A stretch of DNA of 64,000 nt, taken from positions 86,517 through 150,516 of the forward strand of contig PCWN01000007.1 of NCBI GenBank assembly GCA_002787355.1. The letters run 5' to 3'. The position numbers and the translations under genes are program-made. The notes under the pieces were generated by a model. That model did no database searches. It worked only from the letters and a program-made list of their open reading frames with translations, and was not told the origin of the DNA. The stretch is from Candidatus Magasanikbacteria bacterium CG11_big_fil_rev_8_21_14_0_20_39_34 (GTDB lineage Bacteria > Patescibacteriota > Patescibacteriia > Magasanikbacterales > UBA922). This document shows, piece after piece, positions 17,327 to 25,574 of the stretch (positions within the stretch are counted from its first letter, which is position 1; each line of letters opens with the position of its first letter).

Positions 17327-17971
17327 CTATATTTTTCCAAAGAGGCGTGCCATGCGAAAGATTTCCAAATATACCGAATCCCAATCCTTGCATGGAATCA
17401 CATTTATGGTGGTATCATGAGGATAGTCCAGATGACTATAGAGAAATACGGTTCCATCATATGTTGGTGGAAGAGAAGCAATGAGACCCGGATTATCATC
17501 TATGATACCCAAGAGTCTATCTTCATATTCTGCCAGAATGGAAGCCTTCCAAGGATTATGATTGGATCTTCCAAGCTCCGTTGGTTTCATAATCAGGGGA
17601 ATTTCTGGAAAGCCATGCTTTTGTAACCACTCTTGTGTAACTTCTCGTGTAGATTCAGGTCTAGCCGTAAGATAACAAGAAATGGGCAAAAATTGGCTTA
17701 TCCGTTCAACGAGGTGATGGGCGTTTTCAATGATAGGCAGGTTCTTATACCCTGCTACATCGTAATACTTTGCAATCTTCCATTGTATGACCTCTTCACT
17801 CTCCCAGTAGGGAACTGCATCCGAATGCGAGTACTTTTTTGCAATTTCCTGTATTGTTAAATTTTCGGGGTTTCCAAAAGTATCCATGAGACCTTGGTAC
17901 CAGCTTACGTGTGTAATGGAAAGAGTATCATCAATATCAAGAGCAATTCCTTTTTGTATGTCTTCAATCAT
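17327..17971 (-). CDS. HAD superfamily hydrolase (5'-nucleotidase-like)
   Basis: DxDxT motif in IALDIDDTLS near the N-terminus; 214 aa. Confidence 0.5.
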   Translation of the reverse strand: MIEDIQKGIALDIDDTLSITHVSWYQGLMDTFGNPENLTIQEIAKKYSHSDAVPYWESEEVIQWKIAKYYDVAGYKNLPIIENAHHLVERISQFLPISCYLTARPESTREVTQEWLQKHGFPEIPLIMKPTELGRSNHNPWKASILAEYEDRLLGIIDDNPGLIASLPPTYDGTVFLYSHLDYPHDTTINVIPCKDWDSVYLEIFRMARLFGKI

Positions 17972-19346
17972 ATTTTTTTATAAGTTCTTCAATCATTCCA
18001 CGGAATCCATGTGATCCCAAAAAGACTATAGTATCATCTTTTTCTGCTTTTGAAAAGAGGTGATCAATTAAAAGTTGATCATTATCAATACAAATAACAT
18101 TATTATGCGAATGAGAAATCACTTCTGTAAGTTTCTTTTCATTCATAGGTGGAGCAGAGGCCGTTTTATCAATCTTAATTTTGGTAAGTTTGGGAATGAT
18201 GACTTCATCTGCTTCTCCAAAGGCATTAGTATATGAGTTTATAGACTCTACTTGTCGGTTACCAGTATTTGGTTCAAAGACTGCAAAAATTTTTCCGTTA
18301 CAAATATTGCGAAGTGTCTGAAGTGTATTTCTTGCCTTTGCTGGAGAATGAGCAATATCATCTATGATGGTAATATCTCCCACATATCTTTTTTCCAGTC
18401 TTCTTTTTATCCCTGGAAAATTTTGTATGGCATGCGTAATAGATTCTGGTTCAAATCCTTGTCTGTTGCAAAGAGCAAAACATGCCGTTATATTGGGAGC
18501 CATATACTCACCAAGCAAGGGGAGTGATATTTTTTGCGTAAAGTTTTTGTGTACAATAGAAAAAGTGAGTCCACTTTTTTCTGCTTGGAGATTGGTGTAG
18601 GTATAGTCCGCATTTTTTGATCCATAGGAAACTTTTACGCCAGAAAAATTTTTGGAAAGTCTCTCTACATTCGGGTCATCTGCATTATATACAAGTGATC
18701 CTTCTTCTGGAAGAAGTGTGATAAGTTGCTCAAAAGCCTCAAAATATGCTTGTTCTGTTTTATATATATCTGCATGATCCCACTCAAGGGCAGTGAGAAC
18801 CAAGTGGGTAGGTTTGTAGTGAAAAAACTTAGCTTTCTCATCCCAACGAGCACTTTTGTATTCATCTCCTTCCATAACAGAAAGGTTCGATTTTCCAATG
18901 TATGCTGAATCAAGTGTATCTACCAGACCTCCAAACATATAGCTTGGATCTGCCCCAAGTTTTTGCAACGTCCAAGATAAAAGTGCAGAAGTAGATGTCT
19001 TTCCATATGTTCCAGAAACCACAATAGAGGTATCCTTGATAAAAAATTCTGAGAGTGCTTCCGGGTAGGAAAGGTAGCGGATACCCTTTATTTGTACATA
19101 CATCCATTCTGGATTGTCTGAGCTGGCAACATTTCCTACAATCACAAGATCCGGATCTCCATCTTCCGTCATTTTTTCAACATGCCATCCCGGGTAATAG
19201 GGAATACCAGTATTTTTAAGATGATCAGAAACAGGAGGATAAAACCCTTTATCTGATCCGGTAACTTTGTATCCTTGTTTATGAAAAGCCGTTGCAAGTG
19301 CACTCATGGCGACTCCGCAGATACCTATAAAATGAATGTGCTTCAT
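17964..19346 (-). CDS. mpl: Mur ligase family: UDP-N-acetylmuramate--L-alanine / tripeptide ligase (Mpl/MurC-like)
   Basis: HIHFIGICGVAMSALA, GTYGKTSTSALL, EGDEYKSARWDEKAKF, LEWDHADIY and DDIAHSP blocks align with Mpl better than with MurC. Confidence 0.75.
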   Translation of the reverse strand: MKHIHFIGICGVAMSALATAFHKQGYKVTGSDKGFYPPVSDHLKNTGIPYYPGWHVEKMTEDGDPDLVIVGNVASSDNPEWMYVQIKGIRYLSYPEALSEFFIKDTSIVVSGTYGKTSTSALLSWTLQKLGADPSYMFGGLVDTLDSAYIGKSNLSVMEGDEYKSARWDEKAKFFHYKPTHLVLTALEWDHADIYKTEQAYFEAFEQLITLLPEEGSLVYNADDPNVERLSKNFSGVKVSYGSKNADYTYTNLQAEKSGLTFSIVHKNFTQKISLPLLGEYMAPNITACFALCNRQGFEPESITHAIQNFPGIKRRLEKRYVGDITIIDDIAHSPAKARNTLQTLRNICNGKIFAVFEPNTGNRQVESINSYTNAFGEADEVIIPKLTKIKIDKTASAPPMNEKKLTEVISHSHNNVICIDNDQLLIDHLFSKAEKDDTIVFLGSHGFRGMIEELIKKYD

Positions 19347-19861
19347 ACGATTTTTGGAGTGAAACGCTTTTTAGCTATGAGTTCATCATCTTGTTCTTTT
19401 GGCTCGTATATACTATCCCAATGAAAGATTTGCATACCTTTTCCTTTTGCCCAGAGAATAAGTTTTTCATGGGAAGTTTGAAGAATATATTCTACAGGTT
19501 TTTGACTCACATTAGCAAGATTTTGAAGGTATTTTGCAAGAGCTCTATAGATTTCAGTTGTATCGTTATCCTTTTTTTCCATGCTACTGTTACTTGATAT
19601 CATTGTCGATACTTCTATCATCTGCTCTAACTCTAATATTGAAAACAAAAGTAATTTATTTCCGTAGGTAAGGAGCACATTCTTTTCACCAGAAAATAGA
19701 GATACAGCACGTGTCTGATGTAATAAGGATTCATCTTCAGTATCGGGAAAATATTTTTCTGCAAATGCTAAAGCTTCTTGCGGAGAAAGGACTTTGGCAT
19801 GCTGAAGTATTTCTTCGGTTAGCATTCGAGCGTCGCGTCCGCTTTCTATTTGTGTACGCAT
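19343..19861 (-). CDS. hypothetical protein (translationally coupled between Bpt-like gene and mpl)
   Basis: 172 aa, no family; 4-nt overlap with mpl start. Confidence 0.4.
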   Translation of the reverse strand: MRTQIESGRDARMLTEEILQHAKVLSPQEALAFAEKYFPDTEDESLLHQTRAVSLFSGEKNVLLTYGNKLLLFSILELEQMIEVSTMISSNSSMEKKDNDTTEIYRALAKYLQNLANVSQKPVEYILQTSHEKLILWAKGKGMQIFHWDSIYEPKEQDDELIAKKRFTPKIV

Positions 19862-19869
19862 AACAAAAT

Positions 19870-20541
19870 CTATTTGAGAATATTTTTCAATTGAGTAAGG
19901 TCAGTTTGCCATGTGTTTCCATCAAACCATTCAAAACCTTTAAATTGCATTTTGTATATGTCCCCGGGGCGTTGTGCACTCCCAAGATAAAAATATTTTT
20001 TGCCTTGCTCCTTGGCATAGGTGAGGGCACGTACCATCATACCCATTCCAGTATTGGGATTCATTTCATCGGAAAGGTTATAGAATGGATAGGAGTAGTG
20101 GAGGATATTTTTGGTTTTTCGGGCAATACAATAGCCTACATTTGATGCTGCAATGGAGTATACAAAGACACAATTAAAATTGTTTTGTTCAGGATTGGTA
20201 AAAAGTTCTTTAACTTTATTAGCACTAAACGTTTTTTCACCAAACTTGGTATCATAAAAATCTTTTGCCATTTTTCCAATGCTCCAATGATACTCTGTAA
20301 AAGGAAGGTCTTCCAGTTTCATCTGAAATTCTTCCGTTTTGCGAAGTATACGTTTATTTTCACTGGAGAGTTCAAAAGCTTCCAGGTCAATACGAACGCT
20401 TCGAGTTTGATCCATCATTCCTTTTCCTTTCCGCGTAAAAACATAGCCATTATGATAATACTTTTCAATAGTATGGTCAGAGAAATCCTCAAGAGCCGTT
20501 TGTTTCCAGAATAGATAAGCCATAGAATGTAAGAAGTGCAA
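19870..20541 (-). CDS. Bpt/Ate1-like aminoacyl-tRNA--protein transferase homolog (GNAT fold), N-terminal Cys cluster absent
   Basis: C-terminal YFYLGSAQRPGDIYKMQFKGFEWFDGNTW resembles Bpt YVYLGYWI...KMAYKARF...DGEW. Central YSYPFYN...NTGMGMM resembles Bpt YTFYDPD...SLGTF. Confidence 0.45.
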   Translation of the reverse strand: MHFLHSMAYLFWKQTALEDFSDHTIEKYYHNGYVFTRKGKGMMDQTRSVRIDLEAFELSSENKRILRKTEEFQMKLEDLPFTEYHWSIGKMAKDFYDTKFGEKTFSANKVKELFTNPEQNNFNCVFVYSIAASNVGYCIARKTKNILHYSYPFYNLSDEMNPNTGMGMMVRALTYAKEQGKKYFYLGSAQRPGDIYKMQFKGFEWFDGNTWQTDLTQLKNILK

Positions 20542-20579
20542 GAAAAAATATTTTAAAAAATTTTTTATACGTCATATCA

Positions 20580-21713
20580 CTAATACAGTGCAATCCAGAG
20601 GCCCAAGATCACAAATGCAGCATGGAGAATCCAGAATCGCATAACTGTTTTTTCTTCACTCCATCCACGCAATTCAAAGTGGTGGTGCAGAGGTGCCATT
20701 TTGAAAATTCTTCTTCCCAAAAGGTATCGTCCACCAATTTGGATAATCACGGACAAAATTTCTACATAGAAGATAAAGGCCAAAAAGGGGAGCAGGAGCA
20801 TCTGATTTATAACAATGGTGTTAATGGCCAGAAGTGCTCCCATACCCAGTGATCCTACATCTCCCATCTGAAAACGTGCTGGCTTAATATTGAAATACGT
20901 ATAGGCAATCAATGCACCGGTTGCCGTAGCATTGAGGTATGCCATAGAGTTGTATCCATACATCCAAGAGAGGAGGGTCAATACGGCAAAGGTAATAATA
21001 AGCGCCCCCCCGGCCAGTCCATCCATACCATCTGCAAAGTTTACCGCATTTGCAGTAAACATAACAAAGAAAATAATAAGCGGAATGATGAGCCAACCAA
21101 TATTGAGGAATCCATCAAAAGGAATATGAATTTGGCGCCAATGTTCCCCAAGTTTGAAATATATCCACCACGCAGCAATTCCTCCTGCTAAAAATTGCAT
21201 GATTAAACGTTCATGCACATGCAATCCTTTCCCCGGATGAGATCCAAGCCAGAGAGATGTGCGTTTAAAAAAAGTCCAAGGTAAAGTAAGGGTGAGCCAA
21301 AGGCGTTGTTTCCAATCTTTGTGTACCCGGATAAGTTTGAGAACATGTTTTATTTTTCGTATGCGTCTCTTTTTTCCAATAAGATTATTCATCACGTCAT
21401 CGAGTCCTCCAAGAAGTGCAGCAAGGGTCATAACGGCAATAGGCATCCAAGTGAATTTTCTTTCCCAGTTGAAAAGAAGGGTAATCACAATGATCGTGAT
21501 AATGATAAGGAGGCCCCCCATGATAGGGACGCCATATTTGGTTCTTCTTGCACCCATGGCAAGCGTAGCATCATATTCGGGATGTCTCTGAATTTTATAC
21601 TTGTAGAGAAATTTTATAAGTAAGGGCGCCCATAAAAATGCGGAAAGCGTAGCGGCAAGCGCAAAGAGAATAGCGGTGCGAAGGATGTCTACGGACATGT
21701 CTGAAATAAGCAT
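20580..21713 (-). CDS. mraY: phospho-N-acetylmuramoyl-pentapeptide transferase
   Basis: NAVNFADGMDGLAGG and APLHHHFEL signature motifs; 10 TM. Confidence 0.95.
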   Translation of the reverse strand: MLISDMSVDILRTAILFALAATLSAFLWAPLLIKFLYKYKIQRHPEYDATLAMGARRTKYGVPIMGGLLIIITIIVITLLFNWERKFTWMPIAVMTLAALLGGLDDVMNNLIGKKRRIRKIKHVLKLIRVHKDWKQRLWLTLTLPWTFFKRTSLWLGSHPGKGLHVHERLIMQFLAGGIAAWWIYFKLGEHWRQIHIPFDGFLNIGWLIIPLIIFFVMFTANAVNFADGMDGLAGGALIITFAVLTLLSWMYGYNSMAYLNATATGALIAYTYFNIKPARFQMGDVGSLGMGALLAINTIVINQMLLLPFLAFIFYVEILSVIIQIGGRYLLGRRIFKMAPLHHHFELRGWSEEKTVMRFWILHAAFVILGLWIALY

Positions 21714-21730
21714 AGAAGGAAGAATAGTTT

Positions 21731-21778
21731 AGGAATAATTCTCTCATGTATGACGAAAAGTCATGAGGAGAAAATATA
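21731..21778 (-). promoter_or_regulatory. perfect 10-bp inverted repeat in the mraY leader
   Basis: CTCTCATGTA-N28-TACATGAGAG with a nested TGAC-GAAAAG-GTCA, lying 18-65 nt upstream of the mraY start codon. Confidence 0.35.
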
Positions 21779-21888
21779 TACATGAGAGCTAATTTTAGCA
21801 AAAAACATAGAAACTATATCAAAAATTTGCTGTATTGACAAGGTTGGAGCAGAAAACCTCGTCTGGACGAGGTTTTCTATCTTTCAAC

Positions 21889-22728
21889 TCAAAGTGCATG
21901 CAATCTTCGTATCTCACATCTTTGTGCGGTTTTTGCTCTCCAAAAGGTTTCATTTTCTTCTCCTGTTTTCTCGTTTTCAGTCCATGTTTGCTCCAAAAGG
22001 GACGTATTGTGGTCTGTTATCTCGATATGTCCTTTTCTTACACCACCACCATATTTTCCATCCCTCTTCCACTGCAGTGCATGGGTGTAGTGGATGATCA
22101 CAGGGGAGAGTGGGTTATATTCTATTGCATGGATAACAAGGATATGGTTGAGATCATGGTCTTTCCCCGTGCCAAGGAGGATAATCATATCTCCGGGGGT
22201 GACTTGAGACAACTGAACAACTTTGGTGTTCATGTCTGAAACCAGTGTTTCAACGCTGCAGTTTTCTGCCGGTCGTAGACGAACAAGAATTTTTCGGAAG
22301 AAGCTTTTTGCATGGGGGTAAAAAAGCTTCAGAGGTTTTGCCTTTGTGGCCCGTACTTCTTGGTGGAGTATATGATAGGCAAGTCCGGAACAATCAATAC
22401 CAAGATTATTGTCCACTAAAAACTCCTTGAGTTTTTCTTGTGGAATACTGGCAAGGTCAAGATGATGTTTTAAAGATATAATTTTTGCTTCTTCTTCAAT
22501 ATCTTCGGGTGTTCCTTTCCCAATCAACACGCCGAGTGCCGCTCGGACCTTTGTTGCCTTATTCAAAAAATAAGGGCATTGAATTTTTTTCCCATCTATT
22601 TGAAGATTCATAAAATGATCAATCAGTCGCAGGGTTGATTCATGGAGAGATTGTGTAGTTTCAGAAGGAATAGGTTTCATGGAAAATGATTTATTCAAAT
22701 ATTTTTTTAATTCTTTCTCCTTCATCAT
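21889..22728 (-). CDS. C40 (NlpC/P60)-like cysteine peptidase/amidase domain protein
   Basis: GIDCSGLAYHIL (catalytic Cys context DCSG) followed by GDMIILLG...NHILVIHAIE (His); 279 aa. Confidence 0.4.
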   Translation of the reverse strand: MMKEKELKKYLNKSFSMKPIPSETTQSLHESTLRLIDHFMNLQIDGKKIQCPYFLNKATKVRAALGVLIGKGTPEDIEEEAKIISLKHHLDLASIPQEKLKEFLVDNNLGIDCSGLAYHILHQEVRATKAKPLKLFYPHAKSFFRKILVRLRPAENCSVETLVSDMNTKVVQLSQVTPGDMIILLGTGKDHDLNHILVIHAIEYNPLSPVIIHYTHALQWKRDGKYGGGVRKGHIEITDHNTSLLEQTWTENEKTGEENETFWRAKTAQRCEIRRLHAL

Positions 22729-23932
22729 TTAATTTTTCCTCATGTGAAATGAAGGATCCATGTTTTGTTCGGATACGCAGGAGTTCAGTTCCGTCTTCTG
22801 TATTGGGAGTATCAATAACCGTGTATCCAAGGGATTCAAGTTGATTTTTCCAAGATAAAAGTTTTTGTGCATCAAAATGAATTTCTGCATCACGAAGAAT
22901 GATTTGCGCTCCCTTAGTCAGGGGAATGATTGATTGGTATGGAATTGAAAAATCCAAAAGACTCATGAGATGAGCTTCAAAAATTGTGAGCGGCATTTCC
23001 AAAGAGGTTTTTTCTTTTTGTAAAAGAGATTCAAAAGGAACGGATGCCGGTTGGCGTGCATTTACCTCCAAGAGATAAAGTTCTTGTGTTTCTTTATCTA
23101 CAATAACGTCAATTCCATAAGCTCCAAGCCAACCATCTTGTTGGAGTTTTTCTCCCACTTTTTTTGCAATATCAAAAAATTTTTGTTTTTGGGTATCCGT
23201 TAAAAAGCGATTTGCAAAATCAAAATCATTTCCAATAGTTGCAAAGGGATTATTGGTAAAAGGAGAGATCCCGGTGATTTGATAACTGATATTTCCCAAA
23301 AAAATATTTTCTTTGGATACCACATTATTACTGGTAAATGTTGGACCAGAAATATACTTGAGAGCACGTACGGGACGCTTCGGGAAGGTTTGTTTGAGTG
23401 CATTGAGCTGCTTGATGTCAGAGATACATTGTGTCCCCGTTCCAGTGTGAGAAGTATTAAACTGCAAAATAAAGGGGATTTCAAAATCAAGATTTTCAAG
23501 CGTATCCACACAATGGGGCGGAAGAAGGTATTCAAGAGGCCCAAGCCAGTCAATTTGTGAAATTTTTTCTTCAATAGTAGAGCTCAAAGAGACGAGAGGG
23601 TTGAGGAGCTTCCATGTATTTTGTGTGCAGATACGTTCAATTTGAGAAGTTGGTTTGAATACTAAAAGAGAGGGATTGGGCCCGTTTGAAGCAATATTTT
23701 TGAGAAAGCTTTCTGTTTCTTCCCTTTGTAAAAGATCAAAGGTAGGGAGGAGGTGTTCAGATTCAATGAGAAGAATATTTTTCCTTCCTTGTGAAATGAA
23801 TTTGGCAAAAGGGGTTGAATTTGAGATAATAAAGTACCCGGGAGTATCAAAAGAGAGGCCCATAGCACGCTCAATATCTCGGGTCACATAAACAACGGGA
23901 TGTTTTTTGAGAAATGTAAGGAATTCCTGCAT
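22691..23932 (-). CDS. ATP-grasp domain protein (carboxylate-amine ligase)
   Basis: C-terminal GWLGAYGIDVIVDKETQELYLLEVNARQPAS is a typical ATP-grasp Mg/ATP-binding block; 413 aa; 38-nt overlap with the downstream C40-like gene. Confidence 0.6.
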   Translation of the reverse strand: MQEFLTFLKKHPVVYVTRDIERAMGLSFDTPGYFIISNSTPFAKFISQGRKNILLIESEHLLPTFDLLQREETESFLKNIASNGPNPSLLVFKPTSQIERICTQNTWKLLNPLVSLSSTIEEKISQIDWLGPLEYLLPPHCVDTLENLDFEIPFILQFNTSHTGTGTQCISDIKQLNALKQTFPKRPVRALKYISGPTFTSNNVVSKENIFLGNISYQITGISPFTNNPFATIGNDFDFANRFLTDTQKQKFFDIAKKVGEKLQQDGWLGAYGIDVIVDKETQELYLLEVNARQPASVPFESLLQKEKTSLEMPLTIFEAHLMSLLDFSIPYQSIIPLTKGAQIILRDAEIHFDAQKLLSWKNQLESLGYTVIDTPNTEDGTELLRIRTKHGSFISHEEKLNDEGERIKKIFE

Positions 23933-24005
23933 AGATACGTCAAGTATACTAGATAAGCCTTTACTCTACAATAATGGACGTGTGAGGAAGGACAAATCTT
24001 ACACT

Positions 24006-24977
24006 ATGTATCAGACACTGAAAAATTTTGGGAAAGCAAAAATTCAAGAACCACTTTGCAAGCATACGACCTTTAAAATAGGAGGACCCGCGGATTTTTT
24101 TGTGACGGTTGAAAAAATAGACAAGTTGCAAGAGTTACTTGCTTTTTTGGATGGTGAAGGACAGGAGTATTTCATTTTGGGAGGTGGGTCAAACATGCTT
24201 GCAAGAGATGAGGGATTTCGTGGAGTTGTCATAGAAGTAAAGGATAAAACCATTGAGCAAGAGGGAGATGAAATGATTGCCTGTGCTGGGGCCGTTACTG
24301 TAGAAGTGGCACAACAGAGTATGAAAGGTGGACTTACTGGATTTGAATGGGGAGTGGGAGTACCGGGAACCATTGGCGGTGCGGTTCGAGGAAATGCTGG
24401 TGCAATGGGGAGTGAAATGAAAGATAATGTAAAAAAAGTTTTGCTCTACAAAGATGGATCTTTACATGAGTATGATAATGATGCTTGTGGTTTTGAATAT
24501 AGAAGCAGTATTTTCAAACGTGAAGGAGGAATTATTTTGAAAGTTTGGTTAAAACTCAAAAAAGGAGAAAATATTGAAGGTAAAAAGAAAATGCTTGAGT
24601 TTTTGCGATATAGAAATACTACACAACCACAAGGGTATGCCTCAACTGGGTGTATCTTTAAAAATGTTGAGTTCAATGAAACAGTACCAAAAGGAGCATA
24701 CAACAGAAAAAAACTTTTGGAGCATTTTGATAAAGAAAATGAAAAAGTTCAACAATTCTTGTCTGTGGGAAAGATTTCTGCTGGTTGGTTGGTTCAAGAG
24801 GCAGGTTGTAAAGGGTATCAAGTGGGACAGGCACAGGTTTCAGAGAAGCATGGAAATTTTATAATCAACTTGGGAGGAGCGACTTCTCATGATGTTTTGA
24901 AAATCATTGAAATGGTAAAGGAAAAGGTGTACAATACCTATGGGATAGAACTTGAAGAAGAAATTCAAATCGTGTAG
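24006..24977 (+). CDS. murB: UDP-N-acetylenolpyruvoylglucosamine reductase
   Basis: TTFKIGGPADFF, ILGGGSNML FAD-binding blocks, C-terminal MurB domain. ATG 24006 chosen within ORF 23907(TTG)..24977. Confidence 0.85.
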   Translation: MYQTLKNFGKAKIQEPLCKHTTFKIGGPADFFVTVEKIDKLQELLAFLDGEGQEYFILGGGSNMLARDEGFRGVVIEVKDKTIEQEGDEMIACAGAVTVEVAQQSMKGGLTGFEWGVGVPGTIGGAVRGNAGAMGSEMKDNVKKVLLYKDGSLHEYDNDACGFEYRSSIFKREGGIILKVWLKLKKGENIEGKKKMLEFLRYRNTTQPQGYASTGCIFKNVEFNETVPKGAYNRKKLLEHFDKENEKVQQFLSVGKISAGWLVQEAGCKGYQVGQAQVSEKHGNFIINLGGATSHDVLKIIEMVKEKVYNTYGIELEEEIQIV

Positions 24978-25056
24978 GTCTTAGTTTAGAAATATTGGGT
25001 CTTTTTGAAAAAATTGGGTTTGCGATATCTCTAATCTAATACCTAACCCATAATAT

Positions 25057-25413
25057 ATGACTATAAATGTCAAAGCTGTTGGTGTAGACATGACAGACGC
25101 GTTGCATACCTATACAAAAGAAAAATTTGAAACACTTACGAAATTTTTTGATAATATTATTAAAGCAGATGTGACCATTGGTAAAAACAGTGACCATCAC
25201 CAAAATGGAGATATATTTTTTGCACATGCTACCCTACAGATACCCAATCATGGGAACTTATACGTTGAAAAAACAGAGCAAGATTTGTACAAGGCCATAG
25301 ACAAAGTAAAGGATCATTTAAAGATTGAACTGGAAAAATTAAAGGGGCATATGCGGGCAAAGGATAAAGATATTATACGAGAGCAAAAGGCCTACCAAAT
25401 GGAGAATGACTAG
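25057..25413 (+). CDS. hpf: ribosome hibernation promoting factor (short HPF/RaiA)
   Basis: 118 aa, INV...GVDMTDALHTYTKEKFETLTKFFD pattern of the sigma-54 modulation/YfiA family; hpf-secA synteny is common. Confidence 0.8.
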   Translation: MTINVKAVGVDMTDALHTYTKEKFETLTKFFDNIIKADVTIGKNSDHHQNGDIFFAHATLQIPNHGNLYVEKTEQDLYKAIDKVKDHLKIELEKLKGHMRAKDKDIIREQKAYQMEND

Positions 25414-25424
25414 CAAAAAATTAA

Positions 25425-25456
25425 GAATTCGCCTCAACATGGCGGATTCTTTTTTC
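25425..25456 (+). terminator. rho-independent terminator after hpf
   Basis: GAATTCGCC-TCAACAT-GGCGGATTC then a T-run. Confidence 0.6.
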
Positions 25457-25574
25457 TGCTAGACAAAAGGACAAAAAAATGTTAGACTGTGGGGGTTATA
25501 ATTCGTGAGTATTTGAAATACGAAATGCACTCTATGAATGGGAATTTTGTGTTTTGAATCGAGAAACTCGTTAT

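Noticed and set aside
19870-20541. Alternative assignments for the 223-aa protein: Aat (L/F-tRNA-protein transferase) or FemAB
   Set aside because: The Aat signature blocks (GHAHSVE, GGLYGV) are absent and FemAB proteins are much larger. The C-terminal Bpt/Ate1-like blocks fit best, though confidence is moderate.
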